From contig CAJXUT010000004.1 in assembly GCA_913061365.1 (NCBI GenBank), positions 6,748 through 38,747 on the forward strand: 32,000 nt of DNA, written 5' to 3'. Of the stretch, positions 1 through 9,036 are shown in pieces (within the stretch, counting starts at the first letter, position 1; every line of letters starts with the position of its first letter). Under the pieces are notes generated by a model. It saw only the letters and a program-made list of their open reading frames with translations, made no database searches and was not told the origin of the DNA. This DNA is from an uncultured Colwellia sp. (lineage in GTDB: Bacteria > Pseudomonadota > Gammaproteobacteria > Enterobacterales > Alteromonadaceae). The translations under genes and the position numbers were made by a program.

Positions 1-1012
1 GTTGAAATATTTCATGATCAATGCCGTATTCAGTTTTTATGGTTCGTGCTGCGGCTGCAGCTGCTTCCCCTTCTGATAAACCTTGCTTCATTGCAGAGGT
101 AATTAATTGACCTCGCATTTGTTCAATAGCTTCTTCTTGGGTAGCACCTTGCTTCACTAATTCATCAATACCGTTTTTAGCGATAGGTGCTGATTTTTCT
201 TGCCATGACAATACTTTTTGCGCACCTTCGGTTGATGTACGGATAACACTACCAACAACAAAACCACCAACAAAAGCTTCGTCTAAACCACTAATTTCCG
301 TAATATCTTTACCTGCACCCCATTGCGCTAACGCTTCTTGCCCTGACTCCGTAACACCTTCCCATGTAGAGCCTTTTAATACACGTTTGGAAAATTCTAG
401 TGCGCTTTTCGGGTTTTTGATTGCATCAACAAATTCCCCTTTTTGATAGCGCTTGGCTGTAGCCATAACACCATCTTTCATAATATCTTTGCCAATTTGA
501 CCAAGTGAGCCCTTGATACCTAAACGTTCAAGCGCCATTTGGCCAACACCAGAAGTAATAGCTTTTAACTCGCTTTTTTCATCTTCTGGCTGCGCTTCAT
601 ATGCTTCTTGGGATAAACCACTAGCCATACCAGCAGCACCAACACCTGTTACAGCTGCGCCCATGTAAGGAATAGAACCAGCAACTAATTCACCTACATA
701 ATTACCAGCATCAGAGATGGAATCAACGTCTTTGTATGATTTTACTGTAGGCTCATATGCTTTTTGCTCTTCAATATTTCTATCAATACCTTCCTGAGCA
801 AATTCAGCTAACGCGCCATCTTTTTCAATAAAGCCATCACCATCATTACCTACATCAGCAAACCCCTTTAAAGCGCGATAACCAAGCTCTTGCACCTTAT
901 CAACGCCTGCACCAAAAGCCGCACCCATGCCGCCTTTATCTTCTTTAGTGGCAAACGGATCAATGAATTCAAATTCTTCATTAGTAAACGGATCTATAAT
1001 TTTATTCGTCAT
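1..1012 (-). CDS. Large virion-associated (internal/ejection-like) protein, N-terminal 337 codons; 3' end lies beyond the window start
   Basis: Hand translation from ATG at 1012 (MTNKIIDPFTNEEFEFIDPFATKEDKGGMGAAFGAG...) stays open to position 2. The start overlaps the end of the upstream ORF (stop 1002-1004) by 11 nt. It is absent from the ORF track because no stop falls in the window. Function is inferred only from its position after the other small virion-protein-like genes. Confidence 0.5.
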   Translation of the reverse strand, partial: MTNKIIDPFTNEEFEFIDPFATKEDKGGMGAAFGAGVDKVQELGYRALKGFADVGNDGDGFIEKDGALAEFAQEGIDRNIEEQKAYEPTVKSYKDVDSISDAGNYVGELVAGSIPYMGAAVTGVGAAGMASGLSQEAYEAQPEDEKSELKAITSGVGQMALERLGIKGSLGQIGKDIMKDGVMATAKRYQKGEFVDAIKNPKSALEFSKRVLKGSTWEGVTESGQEALAQWGAGKDITEISGLDEAFVGGFVVGSVIRTSTEGAQKVLSWQEKSAPIAKNGIDELVKQGATQEEAIEQMRGQLITSAMKQGLSEGEAAAAAARTIKTEYGIDHEIFQ

Positions 1013-2258
1013 TGGTTAAGTAACCTTGATTAGTTGCTGCAGCAATGGCTTGTTGTTCTGTCATGCCTTTATTTGCACTCATAAACTTAGCGACAACACC
1101 GTTAACATCTTGCCCTTCAACAGTGCTTTTATAATTTGCGGTGCTTGCTGTAGGCTCAGGAGCTTTTTCACTTTTAACACCGTAAGCATTATCAATTTCA
1201 GTCAAAGCATCATTAAAAGGTTTTAAGAATTTAGTGCGTTCGTCACCTTCTAGCATTTTTTCATTCGCCTCAGATTCAGCTTTTCGCAGTTCTTTTTTAA
1301 TGGCGTTAACTTCTTTTCGATAGGCTTTCTTATCCTTAGCACCACCAAAGCCCATAGCTTTAAGTGTATTGCCACTACGATTAAGGTAATGCTCTCCATT
1401 TTCTGCCATATCAGCCATGTTGCTGCGAACTTCAATAGTAGATAAAAGCTCTTTTAACTCCAATTCGTTAACAGGATCTTCTTGGTCGCTAGTTCGACCT
1501 TTAGTCATAGGCTGAATTTCGGTATACGTTTTCCCATTATTGTCTTGATAGGTAACTTTTAAGCCAATAGATACTTTACCGTTACGAGTAGGGATGAGTT
1601 GAGCAACTTCTTTATCAACAACCGTAGCATTACGAACTAAATCAACCTCGCCAATACCTTGTTTTATTTTTGACTGGAATGCTTGATCAAATAGCTTGAT
1701 GTACTCAGGATTTTTAAACTCATGAAGTTTTTTGCTTTTAAAAATCTCATGAGTCTTATTGCGAAGCATTTTTACTGCTTTTCTATACTCAGGGTTTTTA
1801 TAACTGTCAGGGTTATAATCGTTGTACTGAGGGTTTTCTTCAAAGAATTTCGCTGCTTGTTCTGGTAGCTTGCCTGTTTTAAAGTATTCTTGATGAATAT
1901 TTTGCATTTGTGGAGCAATAAGCCCCCACTGTTTTTGTTCTTCAGCTTGATTTACTTGCCATTGTCGATGTTCAGCTGCTTTGGTATTTTGTTGCTCACG
2001 ATACTTTGCCGTTGCCTCTGTCGTTTGTTGGCGATATTTAGCAGTGTTATCGGCTGTCTTATTGCGGTAATCAACTGTATCTTGATATTGTTCAGATTTT
2101 TGCTGATCCATATCAGCAAGCCTAGTTTGACTATCTTGATAGCTAGACTCGTTTATTTTATCAAGTTTTTCTTGTCGCTCTTCACGGCCAATACGTGCAT
2201 TGTGTCGTTCCATCATACTGAAGCCACTTTGAAAACCTTCTAATAGTGCTCTACCCAT
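1002..2258 (-). CDS. Virion internal/ejection-like protein, highly charged Q/E/K-rich (function unknown)
   Basis: 418-aa ORF with a strong RBS (GGAGG 5-6 nt upstream of ATG at 2258). The N-terminal half is low-complexity and charged; the C-terminus overlaps the next gene. Position is downstream of the tail fibre. Confidence 0.45.
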   Translation of the reverse strand: MGRALLEGFQSGFSMMERHNARIGREERQEKLDKINESSYQDSQTRLADMDQQKSEQYQDTVDYRNKTADNTAKYRQQTTEATAKYREQQNTKAAEHRQWQVNQAEEQKQWGLIAPQMQNIHQEYFKTGKLPEQAAKFFEENPQYNDYNPDSYKNPEYRKAVKMLRNKTHEIFKSKKLHEFKNPEYIKLFDQAFQSKIKQGIGEVDLVRNATVVDKEVAQLIPTRNGKVSIGLKVTYQDNNGKTYTEIQPMTKGRTSDQEDPVNELELKELLSTIEVRSNMADMAENGEHYLNRSGNTLKAMGFGGAKDKKAYRKEVNAIKKELRKAESEANEKMLEGDERTKFLKPFNDALTEIDNAYGVKSEKAPEPTASTANYKSTVEGQDVNGVVAKFMSANKGMTEQQAIAAATNQGYLTNDE

Positions 2259-2267
2259 AATAACCTC

Positions 2268-2504
2268 CTAAAGTGAACCGCCAAGTAAACCAATAGCACC
2301 GCCAATTCCAGCGCCAACAGGTCCGCCAATCATAAAGCCCATCGTAGCACCAGTAGCAACTCCACTCATTTGACTTTGTTTTTTTTGTGAGTCAATTTGA
2401 TCGTTGGCTATTTCTCGGTTTTGCTCCATATCAGCCAAGGTTTTTAGTGACTGTTTTGATTGGGCTTTAGTGCTTCGCCCTATATCCATAATGCTATAAC
2501 TCAT
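2268..2504 (-). CDS. Small glycine-zipper membrane protein (virion/ejection module)
   Basis: 78-aa ORF. The C-terminus GVATGATMGFMIGGPVGAGIGGAIGLLGGSL is a glycine-zipper-type hydrophobic segment. The start overlaps the upstream stop (TAATG), suggesting translational coupling. Confidence 0.55.
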   Translation of the reverse strand: MSYSIMDIGRSTKAQSKQSLKTLADMEQNREIANDQIDSQKKQSQMSGVATGATMGFMIGGPVGAGIGGAIGLLGGSL

Positions 2505-3004
2505 TAGCCTTTACCTCCTATATCAGCAAGCGTTTGAGGTGCCCCACCCTGTCCAGTAATGATTTTGTTTTGCAAATCATCTACTGCGGTTCTTGTTTCA
2601 TTATTAACTGAAGCAGTCGTTAAACTTTTCAATAAGCCTTTATTGTTTTTGCTTTGAGTTGAATCTTCAGGGGTAAGCCCAAATCGCCCCATGCGCATTG
2701 ACTCGCCTTGGTCAGCCAAAGAGAAAGACTTTTCAACATTGACTTTATTTCTATCAAGCTGCTCAGTGAGTAACTGGTCATTATTGGCCAATGCAAGCAA
2801 GTCATTTTGAGCAGGCAAATAACGAGTTTTAAAGTCTTCCCATTGCGCCCTTGTTAAATCAGCCATCGTATCTTGATAACTTTCAGTGCGAATTTGTGTG
2901 GGTTGATTAGCAACTACGCTACTCTCATCAAGGTTGTTTCCTGTATCTAATGAAACTTCGCCTACGGCATTAGTATTGATGTTTGATAAGTATTCATTAC
3001 TCAT
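2504..3004 (-). CDS. Hypothetical virion-module protein (start revised to ATG at 3004)
   Basis: The ORF-track start at 3022 is a TTG inside the upstream gene. ATG at 3004 (MSNEYLSNI...) lies 2 nt after the upstream stop (3007-3009), with AGGA about 9 nt upstream. Confidence 0.5.
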   Translation of the reverse strand: MSNEYLSNINTNAVGEVSLDTGNNLDESSVVANQPTQIRTESYQDTMADLTRAQWEDFKTRYLPAQNDLLALANNDQLLTEQLDRNKVNVEKSFSLADQGESMRMGRFGLTPEDSTQSKNNKGLLKSLTTASVNNETRTAVDDLQNKIITGQGGAPQTLADIGGKG

Positions 3005-3006
3005 GA

Positions 3007-3633
3007 TTAAAGTCCTATCCAATCGCCATTAGAGTCAAGATAGTTAGCACTATCTGCCGCAGCTTTAGAATTTTTTGCTGCATTGCTTAAGCTATTGCTT
3101 GTGAAAGCGCCGCCAATAGCTCCTACAGCAGAATGTACGTTCGCTTTATTTTGAGAAGAAATAGAGGCATCACTCACAGCTTTACGCTGAGAACTAACGG
3201 CAATATCATTTAACGACGCAACTGCTTCTTGTGATTCACCTTGCCCCATAGCTACAACATTACTCATTTTATCAATGTGACGCTCTTGCCCTGCAATTTC
3301 AGAACGACTTGTTGCATCAGCTTTAACAGAGGCTTCAATATCGGCAAGTGAGCTAATAGTGGCCTTAGCTTTGCCTGAGCTTGGGTCAACACCTTGAGAA
3401 GCTAAACTTTCAAGTGTTTGTTTTCCTGCTTCGCTAAATGACTTTTGATAACCTAAGTTAGTATTGTCGCTAATCTCTTGATAAACAGATTCATCATTAC
3501 TAGCTTTTGCCTCATCTATAACTTGGTTTTCAACAGGGATAATATTTTTCTCATAGTAATCCCATTGTTCACCGTAAATTTTAGCGAGTTCTTTTTCGTA
3601 CTCTGTTTCTTCTACTTCATTTGATTTACTCAT
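3007..3633 (-). CDS. Hypothetical virion-module protein
   Basis: 208-aa ORF with AAGGG RBS 6 nt upstream of ATG at 3633. Ser/Ala-rich; no recognisable catalytic motif. Confidence 0.5.
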   Translation of the reverse strand: MSKSNEVEETEYEKELAKIYGEQWDYYEKNIIPVENQVIDEAKASNDESVYQEISDNTNLGYQKSFSEAGKQTLESLASQGVDPSSGKAKATISSLADIEASVKADATSRSEIAGQERHIDKMSNVVAMGQGESQEAVASLNDIAVSSQRKAVSDASISSQNKANVHSAVGAIGGAFTSNSLSNAAKNSKAAADSANYLDSNGDWIGL

Positions 3634-3641
3634 ACTGGCCC

Positions 3642-4052
3642 TTAAAGATAATACCGCCAGATGGCGAGATGTTGATGTTGTCCGTGATAAGTCAGTCCAG
3701 CTCGCTTGGCTATTTTGCGAACACCTTTTCTAACAGTTAAGAACTCAATGAATTGTGCATCTGTTTTTTTAGCTATAGCGTAAACTAAAGGCACAAAATG
3801 ACTAGTTACATCACCACTTGAACAGTAGGCGACGCTTATTTCGATATAGTTAATGTTGTTTTTTGCGCGAGGACGTAAGACAGTAAAACCTTCATCCGCT
3901 AGAAACAAAAAAGCCCACTCATTTGAGCAGGCTTTGTCGATGTTGGTATAAAGTTGGGGGTCGTCAGCTTTTAAGCCTATTTCATCAATAAAGGGCTTTA
4001 ACCTTTCTCGATGTTCTGACCACTTCACTTTTACCAAAGAGAAGTTTTCCAT
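3642..4052 (-). CDS. Hypothetical 136-aa protein directly downstream of the tail fibre gene; no Shine-Dalgarno, possibly near-leaderless
   Basis: ORF MENFSLVKVKWSEHRERLKPF... The 35 nt between the fibre stop and this ATG contain a promoter-like element (see feature 4062-4090) and no purine-rich RBS. Confidence 0.5.
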   Translation of the reverse strand: MENFSLVKVKWSEHRERLKPFIDEIGLKADDPQLYTNIDKACSNEWAFLFLADEGFTVLRPRAKNNINYIEISVAYCSSGDVTSHFVPLVYAIAKKTDAQFIEFLTVRKGVRKIAKRAGLTYHGQHQHLAIWRYYL

Positions 4053-4061
4053 AATGGGGAA

Positions 4062-4090
4062 ATAATACGCTTTTTTGGGGTGTTTGACTA
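4062..4090 (-). promoter_or_regulatory. Promoter-like element, second copy of the conserved late-promoter-like motif
   Basis: Minus strand: TAGTCA - 17 nt (AACACCCCAAAAAAGCG) - TATTAT, then TTCCCCATTATG. The ATG of the 136-aa gene lies 10 nt after the -10. Confidence 0.35.
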
Positions 4091-7000
4091 GGAAATAGTA
4101 CCGCCTTCTTTAAAGCAACTGACAGCTATTTTTTGCGCCTTAACTATTAAGTTGCCAACAGCGCCCCCTTGAAAGCTAGCCTCTGCGCTAGATACGCCTG
4201 CTTGAATTCTGTATACGTCATTTCCTGATGTTCTAGATGCAAGATAGTCAACAACAGGGCTGGTAAGTCCGCCAGCCAAAGAGCTATAAATTTCTACGTT
4301 ATTTTTTGTAACACGATACCAAGACCAGTTGTTGTTAGCGAATTCATCCTCATCACCATAGATATGGATACCGCCATCAACTTTAAACGTCCGGGCAAAC
4401 GGCATTCCGGAAACGGTAAACGTTGCAAGAGTATGCCACACTCCGCGTGTAATAAACCCATCCATTACAAGACTATTTTTTATTTTGACATCAGTAACAT
4501 CACCTTCCATTTCTTTGGCGTGAACAGTACCTAAGAACGTAGCATCTTTACCAAACAACGTATCGATATAAGCCTGATCAATTTGAGCACTTCCAATTGC
4601 ACCTGCTTCTATATATGTCGTTATATTCGTTGAAAGTATTTTATTTAACCCTGCGAACAGCCCTAGAGTTGGTTTTCCTGTGACTGAATCATAACTAACA
4701 CTATTCAGAGCTGCTAAAGCTCCAAGAGTCGGCTTACCTGTCAGGGCGTTATACCCTAATGAGTTTAATGCAGCTAAAGCGCCTAACGTAGGTGCTCCGG
4801 TTAATTTTGAATATGGAACAGCGCCAGTAGAGGACATAACCACATTGCCGCTTGAGTCCTTGATAGTAACTGACTCTAACACAGCGCTTTTAGCAACCAT
4901 ATTGCCGCTAGGATCTAGTGAGAAATTATGACTTCTAACACCAGTAGTTTTGTTGTAGTTAATCGATGGCGTATTAAGTTCAGAGCCAACGACTATACGA
5001 TTCGACAATAAATCATCGGTAACAAGTGATTGTATATGCGCATCATCAATTAACGCGCTTTTCATTACAGTTTTACCATCAACAACAGAAAAAACAGGAG
5101 TAAGAACAGTTGGGTCTTGCTCTGTTATGACGGCAAATTTAGCACCTTTGATAGCAAAGATAGGATCATCACCATCATTAAGTAAACCGAATGAAGCTGT
5201 GATTTCTGCAACGGTAGTTTTTACGCCCCACATTGCTGAAAAATCACCACTGTTATTAGCCACAGTTTCGCTTAGCGTTTGCAGTGATGCACCCACACTA
5301 TTTCCATTAGCGTCTTCAATTAACGCTTGTAATGTGCTGCTTGCGGTTGCTATTGCGGTGTCAGTATCGGTTTTAGTGCGATAATCTGTTACTAAAGCAG
5401 CGCCAATCGATGAGCCATCAGGATCTTCTATCAGAGACTGTAAAGCGTTTATTGCTGTGGATATCGCTGTATCTGTATCGGTTTCAGTGCGGTAATCAGA
5501 AAATAATGTAGCACCAACACTTGAACCATTCGGATTTTCAATTGCTGCTTTTAATATAGTAATAGCCGACGATATAGCAAGATCAGCCGCAGTTTTCGTA
5601 TAGTGATTAGTGTTTAAATCAGCAGCGACACTCGATCCGTTAGGGTCTTCGATTAATGTTTTTAAAGCAGTTATAGCGGCAGCGGTCGCTAAGTCAGAAT
5701 TTGCCTTAGTGTAGTGATTAGTCACCAAATCAGCCCCAACACTAGAGCCATTCGGATCTTCAATTAACGCTTTAAGCGCTGTGATTTCTGCCGCAATAGC
5801 AAGATCAGCGTTAACTTTAGTGTAATAGTTAAGCGCTAAGTCAGCACTAAGAGTACCAAGGGTGCCACCATCACCTTCAATAACGGATTGCAAATTAGTT
5901 ATAGCGGTTGCTATCGCCTCGTCTGCGTCTGTTTTTGTATAATGATTCGTAGCTAAGTCAGCCCCAACACTAGAGCCATTTGGATTTTCAATTATTGATT
6001 TAAGTGTTGTTATTGCTGCAGCTGTGGCTAAATCAGCACTAGCTTTTGTGTAATAATTAGTTGATAGATTAGCGCCAACACTATCTCCATTAGGATTTTC
6101 AATAGCCGACTTCATAGCAGTGATAGCGGTGGCAATAGCAAGATCCGCATTAACTTTCGTGTAATGGTTAGTTACAAGATCAGCAGCTACACTAGAGCCA
6201 TTAACATCTTCTATTGCGGATTTTAACGCAGTAATAGCGGCAGCAATGGCTAGATCTGCATTCGTTTTGGTGTAATAGGTATTAGCTAGGTTAGCACCAA
6301 CCGATGAACCGTCAGGGTCTTCTATAGCAGATTTCATAGCTGTAATAGCGGTGGCAATAGCTAAATCAGCACTTGTTTTAGTGTAGTGATTGGTAACAAG
6401 ATCAGCGCCAACGCTAGAGCCGTTTGGATTTTCTATAAAAGACTTTAATTCTGCTATAGCAGCAGAAATAGCAAGGTTTGCATTCGTCTTAGTGTAGTGA
6501 TTGTTTACTAATGTAGCACCTAAACTCGTTCCGTCAGGGTCTTCAATTATTGCTTTTAAAGCGTTTATCGCTATAGCTGTGGCTAATCCTGCCTCATAAG
6601 TTGTAGAATAATTATTAGCTAAGTCTGCGCCAATACTATCTCCTAAAGGGTTTTCTATATCGACTAATAGCTGTGGTATATCGAGCATCAACTGAGGAAC
6701 ATCAATCATAAGTTGCGGCACATCAATTAACAATTGCGGCATATCAAGCAATAGCTGATCAACATCATCGCTTATGGTTGGTATTCTGCCTATTTCCGTT
6801 GTTAAAAAATCGCCAAGGTGAGTACCTTCAATTCTTCCTTCAATTTCTGCGAGAATAGCATCGGCTGATAGGAGCGTTTCAACATATAAGCCATTAGCGT
6901 TATGTATAGGACCAACAACATCAGCTTGGTTAACAAAGCGAACCCAATAATAGTAAGCTGCGCCCATATTTACTGAATCGCTGTAGGTGTCAGATACTTC

Positions 7001-7387
7001 CGTTGATACCCTTGTTGCTGTGCTAAATGCGTTTGTATCACTCCTCCATATTTCAGCGTAAGCATGACCACCGTAGGTGGGGCTATTCCATGTTATTGCT
7101 ATAAATGTAAAGCCGCCAACACTTTGCAAATTAACAGGTGCATGAGGTAATTCAACACCAACACCAAGTATAGGTGTGCCAGTATTCGCTCCTTTTTTAG
7201 CAGAAGCAACGAGCGCCAGTCGCTTGAGTTCATCAAGGTTAACTAAATCACGATAAAGTAACGCTCTATTAAGTTTATCGCCACGTTGCCCGGTTAAAAC
7301 TTCAATATTCTCAGTCAGCGCATCTTGAGTAGGATCTCTTTTTGTTGCGCGAGGAACACCACTAAAATATGATTTTTTACGAGTCAT
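4088..7387 (-). CDS. Tail fibre / host-specificity protein with N-terminal FN3-like domain, about 12.5 tandem 37-aa repeats, and a C-terminal receptor-binding-type domain
   Basis: 1099-aa ORF. FN3-like block FIAITWNSPTYGGHAYAEIWRSD...YYYWVRFVN resembles the FN3 of lambda-J-type host specificity proteins. Also present: PQL heptad repeats, IE(D/N)P(D/N)GSSVGADL..N.YTK..ADLAI..AI..LK repeats, and three GKPTLGALAALNS repeats. Confidence 0.85.
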   Translation of the reverse strand: MTRKKSYFSGVPRATKRDPTQDALTENIEVLTGQRGDKLNRALLYRDLVNLDELKRLALVASAKKGANTGTPILGVGVELPHAPVNLQSVGGFTFIAITWNSPTYGGHAYAEIWRSDTNAFSTATRVSTEVSDTYSDSVNMGAAYYYWVRFVNQADVVGPIHNANGLYVETLLSADAILAEIEGRIEGTHLGDFLTTEIGRIPTISDDVDQLLLDMPQLLIDVPQLMIDVPQLMLDIPQLLVDIENPLGDSIGADLANNYSTTYEAGLATAIAINALKAIIEDPDGTSLGATLVNNHYTKTNANLAISAAIAELKSFIENPNGSSVGADLVTNHYTKTSADLAIATAITAMKSAIEDPDGSSVGANLANTYYTKTNADLAIAAAITALKSAIEDVNGSSVAADLVTNHYTKVNADLAIATAITAMKSAIENPNGDSVGANLSTNYYTKASADLATAAAITTLKSIIENPNGSSVGADLATNHYTKTDADEAIATAITNLQSVIEGDGGTLGTLSADLALNYYTKVNADLAIAAEITALKALIEDPNGSSVGADLVTNHYTKANSDLATAAAITALKTLIEDPNGSSVAADLNTNHYTKTAADLAISSAITILKAAIENPNGSSVGATLFSDYRTETDTDTAISTAINALQSLIEDPDGSSIGAALVTDYRTKTDTDTAIATASSTLQALIEDANGNSVGASLQTLSETVANNSGDFSAMWGVKTTVAEITASFGLLNDGDDPIFAIKGAKFAVITEQDPTVLTPVFSVVDGKTVMKSALIDDAHIQSLVTDDLLSNRIVVGSELNTPSINYNKTTGVRSHNFSLDPSGNMVAKSAVLESVTIKDSSGNVVMSSTGAVPYSKLTGAPTLGALAALNSLGYNALTGKPTLGALAALNSVSYDSVTGKPTLGLFAGLNKILSTNITTYIEAGAIGSAQIDQAYIDTLFGKDATFLGTVHAKEMEGDVTDVKIKNSLVMDGFITRGVWHTLATFTVSGMPFARTFKVDGGIHIYGDEDEFANNNWSWYRVTKNNVEIYSSLAGGLTSPVVDYLASRTSGNDVYRIQAGVSSAEASFQGGAVGNLIVKAQKIAVSCFKEGGTIS
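4634..4804 (-). repeat. Three ~20-aa repeats near the fibre C-terminus
   Basis: Residues 862-918: LTGAPTLGALAALNSLGYNA / LTGKPTLGALAALNSVSYDS / VTGKPTLGLFAGLNKIL. Confidence 0.7.
5321..6658 (-). repeat. Twelve in-frame tandem repeats of about 111 bp (37 aa; one unit 39 aa) in the tail fibre gene, plus a partial 13th unit downstream
   Basis: Protein residues 244-689 are units beginning IE(D/N/G), consensus IE.P.GSSVGADL.TN.YTK..ADLAI..AIT.LKS. The last two units change to DYRT.TDTDTAI. Confidence 0.9.
6659..6751 (-). repeat. 21-bp (7-aa) tandem repeats in the fibre gene
   Basis: Residues 213-243: LLDMPQL LIDVPQL MIDVPQL MLDIPQL LVD. Confidence 0.8.
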
Positions 7388-9002
7388 TTAGCGCCCTCTT
7401 TATTTCATTCATAGAAGAAGCAATAATTACTTTTTCAACTTCGCCACTCCCGTAGAGCTCAAACGACCAATTATCACCACGTTCATCAGATAAGCGAAAA
7501 GCATATTTTGTTAATGTGCCTGGTGCTTTGTCTAACACTTCGACACCATCAACAAAGATTTTAAGGCCTACTAAATTAATATCTGTACCCTGAACTAGTG
7601 CACAGCCCATATTGATATCTGAGAACTGATATTCTTTAGAGCGCCATACGTAAGGCATTACACTATTTGAAGCTTCCCAACGACTAATTACGCCATCATT
7701 ACTAAGATAAAGCGCATCACTCAAAAGGCTGTTAAACCCACATTGAGCCGTAGTATCAAAATGCCTAAAGTCTCCCGTTTCAGGATCAAAAATAAAACCT
7801 TTATCATGCGAAGCACCATAAAAAGCCAAATAGCGACCTTCTTGAAAATAAGCTTCAATTGTTTCAGGTTTAAAAGCTTGCCATTGCTCACGGGTTATAA
7901 TTTTATCCGTTAAAGGAATTGCGCCATTACCTGTTAAGGCGACTAACCCATCAGGACTAGCATAAATTAAAGCACCATTAACAATTACCGCAGAACGCTT
8001 GCTTACACACGCTTGGTTAGACTCTAGCTTTTGACCTGACATTGCATCTGGTGAATTGCCTGCAAATATCCAAGGATAACCCTCGGTTAGTACTGCTAAC
8101 GAATTACCCATAGCCACCATAGCAACGATATTATGCTCAGTAGTCATCTGGTATTCTTTAGGCCATGCGTAACCTAAATACGCCATACTGAAACAAACAG
8201 TATTACCCGTAAAGCCAGTTAAAATACCATTTGCCATACTTGCTAATCCTGCCATATCCTCAGGAGGCAACTCATAGTCGTAAGTTTCTAATGCTGAGCC
8301 AAGTTCATCACCGGCAACATTATCAACAAACGTTCCTTGAGCAATAGGTATTTCAGCAATAAATAAATAATCAGCAATGCCACCTCCTGTAGTGGTTCTA
8401 TAAATGCGACGATGAGTAATGTTTGATGCGTTAACATTCGGTGGTGACAATGATAACGTAACAAAGGTACCCTCTTCTTCAGGATAGAGTAGTTCAATTT
8501 TTCCTGAAGGCTCACCAGGTGCGCCTTCTTCACCTTGCTCGGTAACAAACGTATGCGTGTAATAACGTGTTTCATCATCATTCGGATCAACATCTTCCGT
8601 CGCTGATTCAGTAACCACGCCAATGATTGCTATTTCTGGTGCTTGAACACCTAAGCGATACGATACTGCTGGCATATTAGCGCCACTGAAAACAGCATTA
8701 TTTGTCACTTTAGGGTAACCATCACCAGTAAAATAAACTCGTTGCCATGGATCATTAGCTACTGGACTATTTACCGCATCAACTTCAGTACTCCATGAAA
8801 ACCAATGCTCGTTTAAATACTCAAAGATAGTCTTCGTGTTGCTTAATACTGTTTCACCATTAACTAACGGTGTTTTCAAAGGTGATAAGTTACCGTGATA
8901 AAAATGACAACCTTTTGCTACTTGTGCAGCCTCATTAGGCAAATGTCTAGGGTCGAGTTTCGGCCTCTCTCCGGAGAAAGATTTTAAAAATATTGCAGTC
9001 AT
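7377..9002 (-). CDS. Tail structural protein (541 aa; exact role unknown, possibly tail hub/nozzle)
   Basis: Long ORF immediately upstream of the fibre gene and overlapping it by 11 nt. Assignment rests on position in the tail module only. Confidence 0.45.
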   Translation of the reverse strand: MTAIFLKSFSGERPKLDPRHLPNEAAQVAKGCHFYHGNLSPLKTPLVNGETVLSNTKTIFEYLNEHWFSWSTEVDAVNSPVANDPWQRVYFTGDGYPKVTNNAVFSGANMPAVSYRLGVQAPEIAIIGVVTESATEDVDPNDDETRYYTHTFVTEQGEEGAPGEPSGKIELLYPEEEGTFVTLSLSPPNVNASNITHRRIYRTTTGGGIADYLFIAEIPIAQGTFVDNVAGDELGSALETYDYELPPEDMAGLASMANGILTGFTGNTVCFSMAYLGYAWPKEYQMTTEHNIVAMVAMGNSLAVLTEGYPWIFAGNSPDAMSGQKLESNQACVSKRSAVIVNGALIYASPDGLVALTGNGAIPLTDKIITREQWQAFKPETIEAYFQEGRYLAFYGASHDKGFIFDPETGDFRHFDTTAQCGFNSLLSDALYLSNDGVISRWEASNSVMPYVWRSKEYQFSDINMGCALVQGTDINLVGLKIFVDGVEVLDKAPGTLTKYAFRLSDERGDNWSFELYGSGEVEKVIIASSMNEIKRALNDS

Positions 9003-9036
9003 GTAGGTACTCTAAAGGAAGGGTTTTGCGCGAAAG

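Noticed and set aside
5270-6760. Tail-fibre repeat arrays as CRISPR-like arrays or as a diversity-generating retroelement target
   Set aside because: The repeats are contiguous, in frame and coding, with no unique spacers, so this is not CRISPR. No reverse transcriptase, template repeat or accessory gene is visible in the window, and I cannot establish adenine-specific variation by eye, so a DGR is unsupported here.
8288-8623. Nested minus-strand ORFs in alternative frames (8288-8623, 1250-1435, 15356-15562, 19465-19683)
   Set aside because: They are fully contained in long structural genes in a different frame, with no RBS and implausible composition. I treated them as chance ORFs.
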